Shown: positions 37,418 through 50,809, counted from the stretch's first letter. The stretch: 64,000 nt of DNA from Diplonema japonicum (GCA_964019335.1 OZ025667.1:310001-374000), one strand, 5' to 3'. Numbers and translations: made by a program. The notes: a model not told the origin generated them from the letters alone.

Positions 37418-40160
37418 ATGGTAATGATGACATGGCAAGTCACAGAGTATGAGGAGGTGCCATATGGGAGTGATGGCGCGAAGGGGAAGTATATAGTGTT
37501 CGATGTAGTGTCACCTTGCCCGGAGCCCGGGATGTTCGTGACGATGAAGGCTAAGGGGACGGATGGCGCCATGGAAGGCATCACTCTCGTCTCTACTGTT
37601 GGCGAGAAAGCAGCTGCCTTCCTCAGCCCCATGAGGCGGGTCTCACCTGCTCTGCAGGAAGCCTTCTCACAGAAAAGGCAAGTTGAGGTTTCCAACGAGC
37701 TGCACGGCCGTTCAACCCTCGAGTCTGACGAGATCGTGCCTTACCTGCTGCTGAACGCTGGCGTCGCACCGCTTGCAACGACGCCTCTCATCTCCCTTCT
37801 GAGGTGGGAGGTCCCCCGCAACAGATGCATCCCAAAGGTGGTATGGGTCGTCTACAGTACCGAGGAGTTCCTCACCATGCACGCATGTTTAAAGCTGCTT
37901 CCCAAGAAGATTTGCGCAAGGCACCCGATCTTCCACATCGTTCTTGCTGGTCAGCACAATGACTTCGACGTCCACATCAAGATCATAGAGGACATGAAAC
38001 AGTACACGGCACCAAAGGCCATCACATACACAGTGAATAGCAACGGCGCTGAAGAGTTCCCGCGCATTGTGAAGCAGCTGTGCGCAGAACACAAGGAGAA
38101 GAACATCGGTATAGAGACCTTCGGGAGCAATGAGATGCACTCGCAGCTCAAGATCAGGGTGCCCAGTGAATGGGGGGATTCTGAGGACCGCCCAACTCTG
38201 AGGTTCGGTGTCCAGCGTTCCTTTGGCTATGCGGCACCGAAGGCAAAGAACAGCTGGGTGGAGTACGAGCCTTGGCCTGTCACGTCGTGGTTGCCCCCTT
38301 GCAGTTTCGCGCCCTATGGGGTAGGTGCATCGAAGATGGGATTCCAAGAATGGCTTTTCCTCCCTACCGACCCCCTGCCGTTGGCCTTGTTCAGGGCTAT
38401 ATTCGGCTTTCTGATCGTTGGCTATGCAGTGAAAGCCATCACGTCAGGCCGTGTGTGGCGTGACCATGTGTGGTCTGACATGCGCTTCAAGTACGACTAC
38501 ATGGAGTTCCTGGGCCCTGAGCTCTCTGATCCCTACTGCTACTACGTGTACTACGTTATGGGAGTGTGCGGGTTCTTCCTGATGATCGGTTGGCCGTACA
38601 GACTGGCGTCGATGGTCTACACCGCTACATTCGTGTGGCATTTCTTTTCGGAAGCCACACACTACAACAACCACTACTACCTGATGTTCACGTTGGGCTT
38701 CATCTTGACGGCTATCGATGCCAACGCCTCGTTGGTCTTTAACCCCGTCAGCATGCTCGGCAGGCTACTGAAGCCCAGCAAGAAGGTGAAGAAGGATGAC
38801 GACGCGACCGAAGAGCCTGAGACGGAAGAGAGGGTGTCGGTGAAGCCCATTCCATACCTGCACCACTTCTTGTTGCGTGGGTTTGTGCTGTTCGTGTTCT
38901 TCTACGGGTTCGTGGCCAAGCTCAACAACGATTGGATAAGCGGTCACGTCATGAGGGCAGGTTTGGAGGGTGAACTGCCGCATTGGAGCATAGTTGAAGC
39001 ATGTGTGTTCTTCCTGTCATGGGGAGGCATCATCTTCGACGGGATCGGTCCTCTTTACCTCTGCCACAACCCCCTGCGCATCCCTGCCTTGGGGGCTTTT
39101 GTGTTCTTTAACGTTTCGAACATGGTGATGTTCAACATCGGTGTGTTCCCTTGGATGATGCTGGGTTCCATCCCAATTTTGACGGAGACAAGGACTACCC
39201 GTCTGAGGACACGCCAGATGTGTGAGTATTTCATTCATCTACAGCAGGACAGGTGGTGGAAGCGTCTCGCTGCATGGACGGGGAACAAGTTGCTTCCCTT
39301 CTTCCCCGCGTACACCGACGGTGTCCACAAGCTGTTCCTGCATGAGACTTACTACAGCCAGCCAAATGGAATCATGAAGCCATCAAAACCCAGCCTCCAT
39401 CCCAAGTATTCCAGACCGTACAGGTTCTTCCTCACATTGGGGTTGGCGGCAATTATCATTTTTCACTTTGGGTACCCTCTGAGGAGCTGGTGGTACCACT
39501 TTGGAACTGACCAGCACGTCGCTTGGACAGAGCACGGTAGGAAGTTTTCCTGGCACATGATGTCCCGGCACAAGGAATGCAGGGGGACCCTGTTGGTGAT
39601 TCACGAGCAGCTTGATTTGGAGACAAAGATTCACATCAACCAGGACCACTACACGGGACCGATAAAGCTCAACAGCCACCAGCTCAAGAAGGTATGTGAG
39701 GTGGTTTTTTAATAACGTCACACAGCTTTGCACCATTGCTACCTACGTGAGGCAACTGGCTTGGAAGACGAGAAAGTTTTATGAAGAGAAATTCATCGAA
39801 GGCGGCCACAAGCTGAAGTATGCATATTACCATCACTCACAGACAACATAGGATCGACACCACCGACGATGAAGGAGCAATAAAAGATATGTCTAAGGCG
39901 CTGCGCATATATGCAGATGTGAGCTGCTCTACCAACGGGGCACCCATGCAACCCTTTATCAATTCTTCGTACGACCTTTCTAGGCAACTCCCGCCCCAGC
40001 CCCCTGGGAAGAGAGAACCATGGATCCTGAATCAGGTACATTTTCTGACAAAAGCTAAAACAATGAACAGACTAAATTTGGCAACGATGGCTATGCTGAT
40101 GTGTTCCCTCATAAGATACACAAGCTTTACCAGAAGGTGTTCGGCAACAATAGAGACTAG
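37418..40160 (+). CDS. GGCX: Vitamin K-dependent gamma-carboxylase/HTTM protein with N-terminal FNR-like domain
   Basis: LALFRAIFG, YNNHYYL, FYGFVAKLNNDW, FNIGVFPW, WTEHGRKFSWHMM, IYADVSCSTNG..Q. Introns 39692-39725, 39818-39851, 40036-40070. Confidence 0.85.
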
Positions 40161-40245
40161 ATACATAGACGTGGCAAGTCGTCTACAGCTCTTTAAATTC
40201 ATTTGTCTGTTCTGCACAAGGTACCCAGCATAGGAACACTCGAAA

Positions 40246-42355
40246 ATGTGGAAGAAGCCATTAGGCAAGTATCAGACGCAGCCCGTCAAGAACAAAGACG
40301 TCAAAGGGCTCAAGAAGCTCATAGGTGAGGGGGTTATCGAAGGCAAAGAAGATGTAACCCTATGGAAGCTGGACTCCAGGTTGCATGTCTACGCATGGGG
40401 GGGTGCGCCTATGTATATTGACACAAGCGGCAAGCTTCAAGGGCGGCTCGTGCCCACTGTCTTTGCGCTATGGAGGTTGCCAGACCTCTTGCCCCCCTTG
40501 TATGTCAATGCCGAGGTGTCGCCTTACATCCTGAAGGGTGCCGACCTCATGTGGCCAGGTGTTTACAGCCCTGCCTTTTCGCCTGTCGTGAAGGGTCAGC
40601 TTGTTGCAGTGACCGCTGTCGGGAACCCGATGCCCTTCGCTGTGGGAACCATTACAGTAGACACGAAAATGAAGCTCGAGAAAGGCAAAGCTGTTGAGAT
40701 TCTGCACTACTTCAATGACTTCTTAGCGCAGGAAGGCAAGGTTCCTACACCTGGTGGCTTCAGCTGTGAGCGTATCACGGCAGTGCAGCTCCCTTCCGAA
40801 GAAGCAGAGACACCCCCTACATCCCTCCCAGAGGCAAACTCAGAGGAAGACGAAGAGCTGTACCACGAGGTTGAGAACGTGCTGCTGGCCGATGTGCTGG
40901 ACGACTGCAGCGATGATGAGATACCCGAAGAAGGCAATGCAGACGAAAGCGAAGAAGATGAAGGTGAGAAAAAGGGGAAGCGGCACGCCCGCATGGAAGC
41001 ATTGAAGGCCAAGAAAGAAGGTAAAAAAGGCGGTAAGAAAGGAGACAAGAAGAAGGACGAAGAAGAAACCACACTTACGCCCGACGAAATGGATGAGCTC
41101 ATACACCTGTGCTTCGTGGGGGGCATGTCCAGACTGACGAAGGCTGAGCTCCCGATGCTGGTGTCGAGTTTCTACTCGCAGTACATGCTGCCTTCAAGGC
41201 CCGAGGGATCCAATGTAGTACTTAAGAAGTCATCATACAAGAAGATCGGGAACCTGATTTCGCTGATGAGCAAGGAAGGCGTGATGCGTATTGCGCAAAA
41301 GTCTGCAGGTGTTGACGAGATTCGTGAGATCAACAAGAGGGCGTCCTTTTACTTAGAGCTTTCGAAGTCTGTCGGCACCCCGAGCAACACGATGGCCAGT
41401 GCCCCAAGCGCGTCAGTGGAGGAAGGCGCCATCAATCCCGAAGTGATGCCACCTGGCAAGGTGACGAAAGTAGAGGTGCTGCACTCTGTCAAAGGTGACT
41501 CGACGATGCTGAAGACAGTTTTCAAAGGATCCAAGGAGCCACGGACAGCGAAAGAAATAAACACGTGCCTGATCGATTACATCGAAGAGGGTAACATATC
41601 CACAAGGACGGGTGTCAAAGGTGGCAAGGGGCAGATGCCCGATCCGTGGGTGAAAGTGAACCCTGAGCTGGGCAAGCTGTGGTCCGCCAATGCCATGGTA
41701 GAGCGTACAGTCGTGTTCAGGAAGGAGAAGCTTGCGGACAGTCTAGGGTTCAAGACCAACACGCAGCTAAGCATTGTGAGCATGGATGCTGGTGGGCTTG
41801 CTAAGTCATTGGGTCTGCAGACCGGCGACACGGTGAAGGAGATTGACGGCACGAAGGTGAAGAGTATTGACGAGATGGGAAAACAACTCGCGGCACTAAA
41901 GGAAGTTAAAGTGATCGAGGTAACCATCCGGACGAAGGACAGGTGTCCTGAAGAAGCCAAGCTGTCTGACATACAGAACAGGATCTTGAAGCAGACGGTG
42001 CCTGCCTACTCGGTACACCATGAGGGCGGCAAGGTCGTGACAGGTAGAGGGTCTGTGCCGCAGATAGCCCTGATCATCAAGAGACGTGGCGGGAACAAGA
42101 CGCTGACCTACGTTCACTCGCTCGACAAGTTTTCATTTGATATCCCTGCCACAGCGCAGGAGCTAAAGATTTTCCTTGCAGGCTCCGTCACTGTCATGCC
42201 ACCCACGCCTCCCTACTCATCGACTATCCTTCTGCAGGGGAGGCAGATCAAGAAGCTGGCGGCATTCTTTCAGTCATACAAGATACCGAAGGAGTTTATA
42301 GTGGTATGCTCCATAACCCACACAACACACCCAGGTTAAAGATCTTAAGAAGTGA
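40246..42355 (+). CDS. EIF2D: Translation factor eIF2D/ligatin (PUA, WH, SWIB, SUI1) with PDZ insertion
   Basis: PTVFALW, ILKGADLMWPGV, GKAVEILHYFND, LKKSSYKKI, RRGGNKTLT, LLQGRQ; intron 42304-42334. Confidence 0.88.
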
Positions 42356-42451
42356 TGTGCCTATTGTACGTTAACCTTGTCTCAGTAAAGAATTCTGAAA
42401 GTGCAAGGCCAGAGGATAAGCAGTCACACAGGTGAATGGAAAGAAAACGAA

Positions 42452-43663
42452 ATGCGGTATTTGATATACATGTTATTCGTGCTGGTAGTGATGGAATTTG
42501 GGTTCATAAGGATGAGGATGGTGGACACTCACCGCTTGGATGTACTGAAGATAGAGAATGAACTTATTTTGTGGAAGCAGACGGCGAGGAGCTTCTTGGA
42601 CAATGAACCACAAACACTGAAGAAAATACGAGGCGGTGTGGTGTCACCCTTGCACGGCGCATTCGTTGCAAGACTCCTGCAGGAGAGTGAAGGGAGAGGA
42701 GAAGGCGTCCACGGCGCGCGAGTGCTCGGCGAAGCAGACAAAGAGCTCCTTGAAGAGGAGGAAAAGAAAGAAGAGAAAGATGACGACTTGGAGGAAGACG
42801 AATGGCCGCCTCCAGGCAACTGGGGCGACAACACCGACCACAAGCTGTTCTCAGGCAACACTCTGGACGACCTCCCTAAGTGGGACGGCGATGTAAGGTT
42901 CTCAGATATAAAGAATTACTACACTTCACTGGATCCCTCTGCAGGTCTGTTAAAGCAGCTCCAGAAGGTCATCAGGAAAGTCTGGAAGAACTGGGAAAAG
43001 AAGGACATCTGGGCCTCTTACCCCTCAGAGGACATCCATGACTGTGAGACCCTAACTCCGGAATGCCTCTTCTGGAGCAACTCTGCTGTGAACAGGACGA
43101 TCCCGGACTCGAACGCCACTAACTCTAATAAGAACTTCCGGAAGTGCTGCATTGAGCACCGCAAGATGCGTGCTGTGACGCAGAACACCTTCAATGTGCT
43201 GTACAAGGCAGGGATCCCTATGTGGCTGGGTGACGGGACGCTTCTCGGCACTAGAAGAGGACACGGCACCGTGATCCCTTGGGACACTGACATTGATGTA
43301 TTTGCGAAGAAGGAAGATAAGGCACGTATCATTACAGCATTGAAGGAAGGCGTGCACTCCGGCGATCTGCCTCATGCGTGGGAGAAGGACAGACATGGCA
43401 GGAACATGTTTTGGGTTTACTACAGCAAGAAGAAGATGGCCGGCGACAGCCACTTAGAGATCTGGCTCACCGACGGCAAGAAGGAGAAGCGTAACAACTT
43501 CGACCTTGTTTTCCCCCTGCAACCGTGCCCTTTCTACGACTTCACAGTGCTCTGCCCTCAAAAGGTATGATAAAAAAAGCCACCTAAGACACACAAGGTA
43601 AACGCTATCCTCACTATAGCCTACGGGCATTGGAGAACACCTGACAAAGAGAAGAAAGTTTAA
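42452..43663 (+). CDS. LicD/fukutin-family phosphotransferase, type II membrane protein
   Basis: N-terminal TM helix; WLGDGTLLGTRR...IPWDTDIDV; FPL..C.F; YGHWRTP after intron 43565-43597. Confidence 0.88.
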
Positions 43664-43739
43664 TTTTAACCCCTAACATTTAAAGAGTACTACTGTGGCT
43701 CCCATCTTATTCTCGCCTTCTAGCCCACCTTACAGTAAG

Positions 43740-44231
43740 ATGCCCAGCTTGGTTCTCGACACTCCAGAGGGATCTATCACGATCCGTCTTCTTGAGGAAA
43801 GTGCCCCTCGGACGGTGGAGCTAATCGTGAAGCTTGTGAAGGAAGGGCACTATGAGGGGTGTGTGTTTTACAGGGCAGAGAAGGCATTTTGCGTGCAAGC
43901 AGGGTTGCGCACTTTGGAAGGAGATGTCAAGGTGAACCCCTTTGGAAAGGTGCCTTTGGAGTACCAGGTCCCCAACAGGAGGGGCACAGTTGCCATGGCG
44001 CGATGGGAGGAACCCGCTAGCGGGGACGGAGAGTGGTTCATCAATTTGGGAAACAATACGAATTTGGACCGCAGCAGCAGCGATGGGTGGGGACTGGGTT
44101 TCTGTGTGTGGGGGGAGGTCACTAGTGGGATGGATGTGGCGGAGCGCATCTCAGCCCTGCCGTCGCACTCATCGGGAGGCATGTCAATGCTAATGCGCCC
44201 CCTGCTCTTCAGAAGCTCCATACTAGACTAG
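43740..44231 (+). CDS. Cyclophilin-type peptidyl-prolyl isomerase
   Basis: APRTV, FYRAEKAFCVQAG, RGTVAMAR, FINLGNN..LD, VWGEVTSGMDV. Confidence 0.9.
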   Translation: MPSLVLDTPEGSITIRLLEESAPRTVELIVKLVKEGHYEGCVFYRAEKAFCVQAGLRTLEGDVKVNPFGKVPLEYQVPNRRGTVAMARWEEPASGDGEWFINLGNNTNLDRSSSDGWGLGFCVWGEVTSGMDVAERISALPSHSSGGMSMLMRPLLFRSSILD

Positions 44232-44292
44232 AATTGTCAGTGTACAATACTGCAACCTTAGTATCTTTTTTTTTCACAGCACCACAGAAAAC

Positions 44293-46560
44293 ATGCAGCT
44301 AGACCCCAATGCTCTTCCGACGTTGCTGCAATCGCTGAGCACCGACCTTTCTGTCGACAGCCCCATAAAGGTACAGGAGCGGAGAGGGCGGTTAAACCCT
44401 GTTGCCAGAAGCCCCGTCACAGTAGGTAGGCGGATTCTGCTACCGGGCTTTAAAAAACGTGAAAAAAAGATGGCCAATGTGACCGTAAGCGCTAAGCTGC
44501 TAAAGCAAGCAAGGGATGACCTGCTATCAAGTGAAGGGCCAGATAAGAAGGAGGCTCAGTGGGGGTTTGGCACATTGGGGAGTATTAAGGAGGCACCGCT
44601 CGCCTCCAATACGCATGGGTCACACAAGCCGCCGATGCTGCATGCCATGGAGAACACCACCATCCAAGCTTTGTCGCGGCTCAACACAAGGTTCAGAAAC
44701 AATGAATGGCTTCTCCCCACAGCGGTACCCGACGTGGAGCTCTTTGACTGGAATCTCCTGTCGGCATCGGTCAAGGGTGCCCCCAAAGACCCGAACCTTG
44801 CTGGTCTCATAGACGAAGAGTCTGAGCAAGAGGTTTGGGAAGCATCAGACGCTAGCACCACCAGCAGCACTCATACGGAGAACACCCCCCAAGGCAACGA
44901 GCTCCTTACCCAGCCTGAATATTTGTATCGCACAGAGCGCATGGCTGTCTTCCACAAGACCGCCAAGCTTTTTGCTTCTTCCTTCAAGACCTACCGCCCC
45001 ATGCTTGCATGGATATTGAGGGAGAGTACAAATTTTGCCGAGTTCCTTGCAGGCATCATCAGCTCGCTAAATTCTGACGTAGAGAGCAAGGATGCGAAGA
45101 TAGCAAAGCTAGAGGGGACCCTTGATCAAAAGGAGTCGGAGTTTAAGAAGGAAATACTGACAAGAAACAAGCAATTCATGATCATGCACAAGAAGAGCGA
45201 GAAGCTCTTGCACGCACTGGAACAGAAGGATGGCATCGAGAGTGGTTATGTCGCACAGATAGCAGCCCTTGAGCAGAATGTGACCGACTTGGAAGAAGTG
45301 AAAGTGTACCTGCAGAAGCAGATATCGCGACTAGAAAGGAAGGTACATGACGAGCAGAACGAAGAGCGTGAGAAGAGCTTGCGTGTGAAGCTCAACAGCG
45401 AGCTGGACCACGCAACGAAGCAGCTATGCGAGGTGCGCAGGCTACATGAGGTGGTACTGCGCGAAAACAAGCAATATAAGGAGACAATTGAAAGGTTTGA
45501 GAAAGACTCAACTAGCAAAGCTGAGAACAAGGAAACCCTGACCCCAAGACCAGACTGGGAACACCAGTCTCTAAGTGCAATCCAGTACAACGGCAGTACA
45601 AACAAAACAGTACAGCAGACGGCAAAGCTACTTGCTGAGCTCCAATGCGCGAATGCTCAGCTCAAGACTGGCACGCCTAAACAGTACTTCATTGGCGCGG
45701 GGGATGAGGCAACACCCGCATTCCTGCGCCATGAAGGTGTTTTACAAAACATGCAGTTCACTCTTGCTGACACTTTGGACCTTGTAAAACAATTCTGGGC
45801 AGCAAAGGTCTGTGATGCAGTGCACGAGGCAACCGCGACCGCAGACTACATGACTTTGTTTTTGTCGAAGAAGTACGAAAACGCGCAAATTCCCGCTGCT
45901 GCCTACAGTCTGTGGGATAGTCTGCATGAACACAGCAGCGATGTGGTGTGCTTGTTCACACGGGAGGCCTTGCTAGGTACTGTGGAGGATGCTGTGTACA
46001 TGCACTATATGCACACCGTGCGTAGGCTGCGAGAGAAAGAGGCGAACTTGGATGCTGTGAAGGAGGCAGTACCATTCTTGCAGCAGGACAGCATACGGGC
46101 GTTTGAATGTTCTATGAGACCGCAAGAGGGAGGTGAAAATGAAGGTCATGGAAGTGGTACTTCAGCGGATCTCTTCCGAGATGGGAGCCCACTATGTGAT
46201 GCCTTGTTGAGGTGCTACTTGAGGGACCGAGTAGCAGTGATCGACGAGCTGCGTGAGGCCGTCGTGTCCGTGGACCGCGAAAGCCCTTGTGAGCTAGCTC
46301 CCATAGAGCTGGTCAAGGCAGCTCAGGGCCTCACGTTGTATGTTACCACATTAACCTAGCACTACAGGTACGTCCCTGCTTTCGAGGAGTATGACCACCT
46401 TGTGTCGGTGTTGTTTGCCACGCCTCTCGACTCTCTCCCTGCACGCCTCTCTGACGACCTTTCAACTGTGACCTTGCAATATGAGGGTTCCCCCCTTAGA
46501 TCGCCACTCTCCCTTGCTTTGAAGCGTCTCCACGCGCAATACATACCAGGCCTCAATTAG
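44293..46560 (+). CDS. TSNAXIP1: Translin-associated factor X-interacting protein 1-like coiled-coil protein
   Basis: LTPRPDW, YFIGAG...PAFLRHEG.LQN; long coiled coil; intron 46338-46367; start may be 44470. Confidence 0.7.
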
Positions 46561-46646
46561 CTTCTTTTTCTAAAGAGGCCTTTCTTACTTCGATTTCTTA
46601 AATTAGTTTTTAGTTTCCAGAATGGAGACCACGACAGTTAATCAAA

Positions 46647-47056
46647 ATGGTTCAGGGTTCGTTGAAGAAGTTAGCAAAGAAGTCTGTTAAGGCTACTGTT
46701 GTGAGGCGACAGGCGAAGGTGATATCAAAGAGAGGGAGGAAGGCGGCATCAACCCAGCCTTGGTCGAAAGCAAAGAAGAAGATTCAGGGAGTGTACACTG
46801 CTGGTTTAGAAAATAATATCGTCGGGAAAATGAACCCGTCGGAGCAAGAGAAACTAAAGATGATACATCACGAGAAGAAGGCCAAGCCGTTGTCAAAGGA
46901 TGAGAAGAGGGCCAGGGCAAGATCTGACAGGCGAGACAAGAAGAAGGTGTGCTCTTGTGCTATGCATTCCACATTACAAATTACACACAACAGGGCACTG
47001 CAGCAGCGATGCTGGCGGAGGCCGAGGTGGCAGCGAAGACACAATCACTTGCATGA
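46647..47056 (+). CDS. Small basic protein, DUF2462/C19orf53-like
   Basis: MVQGSLKK N-terminus, Lys-rich; intron 46947-46993. Confidence 0.55.
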
Positions 47057-47139
47057 TGAGATCACATGCAGTTCACTAACCTGTATCAGTACATTTATTA
47101 ATTGCCTTTTTGCAATAAACTATGCCAATACAGGATACA

Positions 47140-49587
47140 ATGCCAGGCAAGCTAAACAACCCCTTCCAGCAGAAGGAAGAGGAAGAAGAGCCCCCACCGA
47201 TCCAAAGAAGGCCTAAGCCAGCTAGAAAGAGGGCGCCCGTTTCCAAGCGAGACCCGTCAGACTCTCCAGAAGCAGCGCCTAGCCCTTCCGCTTCGGCTTC
47301 CCCCAAGAAGCAAGTGTTTGACTTTGAGGGGGCAGCAGAGGCTAAGTTGAACGAGCAGTCACCTGACAAGGCTGTGCTCCCCCATCTGGTGGCAAAAGGG
47401 CCGGAAGTAGAGGAGGCACCGCAGCCAGTTCTACACACTGTTATAGTGCCGACCCCTGCTGCCAGCCCTACTCTAAGCAGCAGGCCCAGCACTCCCAACA
47501 CCCCTCCTACAATCCAGCATGGGCCAAGCCCTGGTAGCGGTCCGATGGAACCACCGCAACTCACTACTGCCCCGCAGGTTGCGCAGGTGGCACCTGTTCA
47601 GTACGCACCTCCACCACAGCACATAGTGCTAGAAATCAGAGTCCCAGAAGGAAAGCAGGAAGCCAGACCTGAAGCTAAAGTGATACCTAACTCGCCTGCT
47701 CTATCGGTCGCGTCAAATCTATCGAAAGCTTCGCGTGCTTCGATGAAGCTCCCTAAACCTGCGCAGACTACAGAGCTACCTGCAGCCCCGTGGGAGGAAG
47801 GAACTGGGGAGCCTGAGCAGATAGAAGTAGTTTCTAGTGAAACTGCTAATTTCCAGCAGCAGCAGCTTGACATGCAGAAGCAGCTTCAAGAACAACTGCT
47901 GCAGCAGCAACTGCAACTGCAGGAGATGTTATCAACAGTAGTACCGCATGGGGTGCCAGCAGTGCAATCTGCTAACACTACTCCCGGTTTGCAAGCGCAG
48001 CAGCCACCTTCTCAGCCTGTGCAGCATGCAGCTCCATTACAACCGTCTTATGGGGACACAACTCTTCTGCCCTCAATGAATGAGATAGCCGCATCAATGG
48101 ATGCATTCAAAGCAGCGATAAGCCCAGCAAAAGAAGAGCATCTGCCTGCCCCCGCCCCCCTTCCCGTGGCTTACCCTGCCCCGGAGCTGCCAGGCGAGGT
48201 GAAGCAGACTCTCGACACGATACTCACCTCTCTAAGTATGTCACTGCTTACACGTAACACTAGCAGATTCGATGAATGCGAACGTGTTAACAACACTATC
48301 TCAAGAGGCACCTTCCCCCTTGCAAAGTGTTGGTACCCTGCCAACACCCATACGCCAAACAAACACGGTGCTGCTGCCCTCAGAGAACGAGCTGCAAATG
48401 CAGCGTGATATCGACCGCTTAAGAGACAAACAGCGATCGAGTGAGATGCAGACGGAGTTACGAAATCTGAACATGGAGCTGGAAGTGTTGCGACAGCAGC
48501 AAGAGGAGCAGGACGGCTTGCATAACGAACTACTTAGCATGCAGCTTTTGCAGCAGAGAGTCATCGCCGAACAATTTCAAAAGCTGCAACAAGATGCTGC
48601 GAAGCACAAGATGATAGATAAACAACAGAGGGCGTATCTAGGAAAGGTTATGGGTTACCAGCATCAGTTCCACAAGCAGCTTCAGGATGGCAAGGTTGCC
48701 GTACAGGTCCAGGCAGCGCCGCCGAAGGCACAAGCCGAGACACAGGTCACTCCGCAGCACATGTACACGCAAGCAAAAGTGTCTCCGAAGTACACACCGT
48801 CCCCGAAGCTTGTGCCGAACATTTCCCCCATCCAAGTACCCCGTGTTGCTCTTTCGAATGAGGCACAGACACATATAGCACAAACACGGCAGATGTTTTC
48901 AGCACCTTCAGGTTCACCGTCACCTGCCCCCGCACCCACTCCTTCGTTTGCCCAACAACATGAGCTATCAGAAGAGGTGAGAGAGTGGCTGGTGCACCTC
49001 CGGCTAGAGAGGTACGTCCCCTTGTTCGCACAGCACATGATCACGATGCCGTCGCTAGTGGCGCTCACCGAGCCTGATCTCGTTGAAATGGGGATCACTG
49101 CAGTGGGGCCAAGGAAGATTCTACTGAAGTGGATTGAGGAATGGCGAGCAAACAGTGGTAATGGCAAAGTGCTGGTCCCTAATACCTTCAGCAACCAGAA
49201 ACAGGTTGTCCCCTTGGTTCTATCTGGGATTGATGCAAGTGCCATGAAGAAGATAGCACAACAACAAGAGCAGGTCAAGCTGCTTCAAAGCCAACAACAG
49301 AAGCAGGTGCAGCCAACTATGGACGAATTAGAGAATGAGTATGCAAATCTAATGTGTACACCACCCACAGGCTACTTGCGACAAAGGCAGCCATGTTGAG
49401 GCCACAGATCTCAAATACTCCTCCGGCTCCAGCTACCCCCGACCCATCTCGCAGCCCATGGGCTGCCCACATCGACCCCAACACGAAGAGGATCTACTAC
49501 CACAATTCCATGACTAAGGTGACGCAGTGGGAAGAGCCTGCTGACATGACTCAGGTTACTGTGAACAATTTAAGCAATGTACTGTAG
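47140..49587 (+). CDS. Pro/Gln-rich scaffold with SAM and C-terminal WW domains
   Basis: SAM: VREWLVHLRLERYVPLF...LTEPDLVEMGITAVGPRKILL. WW: WAAHIDPNTKRIYYHNSMTKVTQWEEP. Introns 48236-48266 (or 48263) and 49339-49370. Confidence 0.85.
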
Positions 49588-49662
49588 AAAACGATTTTGT
49601 ATCTTTTTTTGTTTGTTTTTTCGTTTCCCTGTCTGTTCCGTGTACCTCACAGACAGTACACA

Positions 49663-50809
49663 ATGTACATAGGGGAGAGGGAGTTTGAGGAGTTTCGAAA
49701 CGCGATCGCAGGACAACAAGAATGTCTCAATGGGCTGATGGACAAGTTGAATGAATGGCGGCGGAAGGGCGTGGAGGTGTGTGATGCAGGTTGCCAAACG
49801 GAAGTGCCGCAGCTGGAGTTGAATATGATGAAAAAGGATGAGGAGGATGTGGAATCGTTGGAAGTGAGCGTAAGTCTGGACAACACGGTAAGAAGCTGCA
49901 TGGCGACGCCGAGGAGGATAGAAAACGAGAGGCTGCGGGTGATAGAAGAGTTGAAGAGGATGGAGTGGGACACAGAGGTGCAGTTTGTCGGTTCGGCAGA
50001 TGACTTCACTGACACAAAGTACTGCCAGGTGTACATCATCGTGACACTGGCCACTTTCTACAAGGTAGCATGTGACGGGAGCGTGCTTTATGAGATCGGC
50101 TCCGAATGTATTATATCCATTGAGATCTTCGATGACACGCAATTCATCTCAATCGGCACCACAGAGGACACTGACCTCCTCCTCTACCTTCACGCAGACG
50201 CCAAGTCTACGTCGTCCCTGCGCCTGCTGGATGTGATTAATGAGTACTTCCTTTACATACCCACCATACACTCTCCTTCAATGGATAGACATATGAGCGC
50301 GTTGATACAAGACTACCAGAAAAAGAACAACAGGCCCGAAGGGGTGGCGCAACGGAAGGTGAACCTGCGAGATGATCTCGTGAAAGACTTATATATCTAC
50401 ACAGTGAACGACATGGAGGGGGAAGAGGAGGAGGAATATGAGGAAAAAGAAGAGAGTGAAGAAGAACAAATAAGCGAAGATGAACCGGAAGAAAACGATG
50501 AACTAGAGCAAGGCGGTACTGCGTTACCTGAAGAAATAGAAGAGCCGGAAGAAATCTGCGATGAGAACAAGCAAGGTGGCGAAAGTTCCGAGTACCCCTC
50601 ACCCCCTGCGGTGACAGCACCTCCCCCATCGCCGCTTGTGTCCAGTTCTACAACCAGCTTCGAGTCAAATCGTGCTGAAGGTCAAACAGGCAAACGTTCT
50701 ATTCGTACATCGGTATGCATGCATGTGCCTCTACACTCAACTTCTACAGATTAGAACAGCACTGCAAATGCGGTTTGGAAAATCGAAGGAGTCGAAAAGT
50801 CCAACTTGA
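49663..50809 (+). CDS. Hypothetical protein, possible PH-like domain, acidic tail
   Basis: Long ORF after a pyrimidine tract/AG; intron 50713-50749. Confidence 0.7.

Noticed and set aside
37418-44231. GGCX-eIF2D-LicD-cyclophilin as a functional operon
   Set aside because: Co-orientation applies to the whole cluster, and neighbours are functionally unrelated
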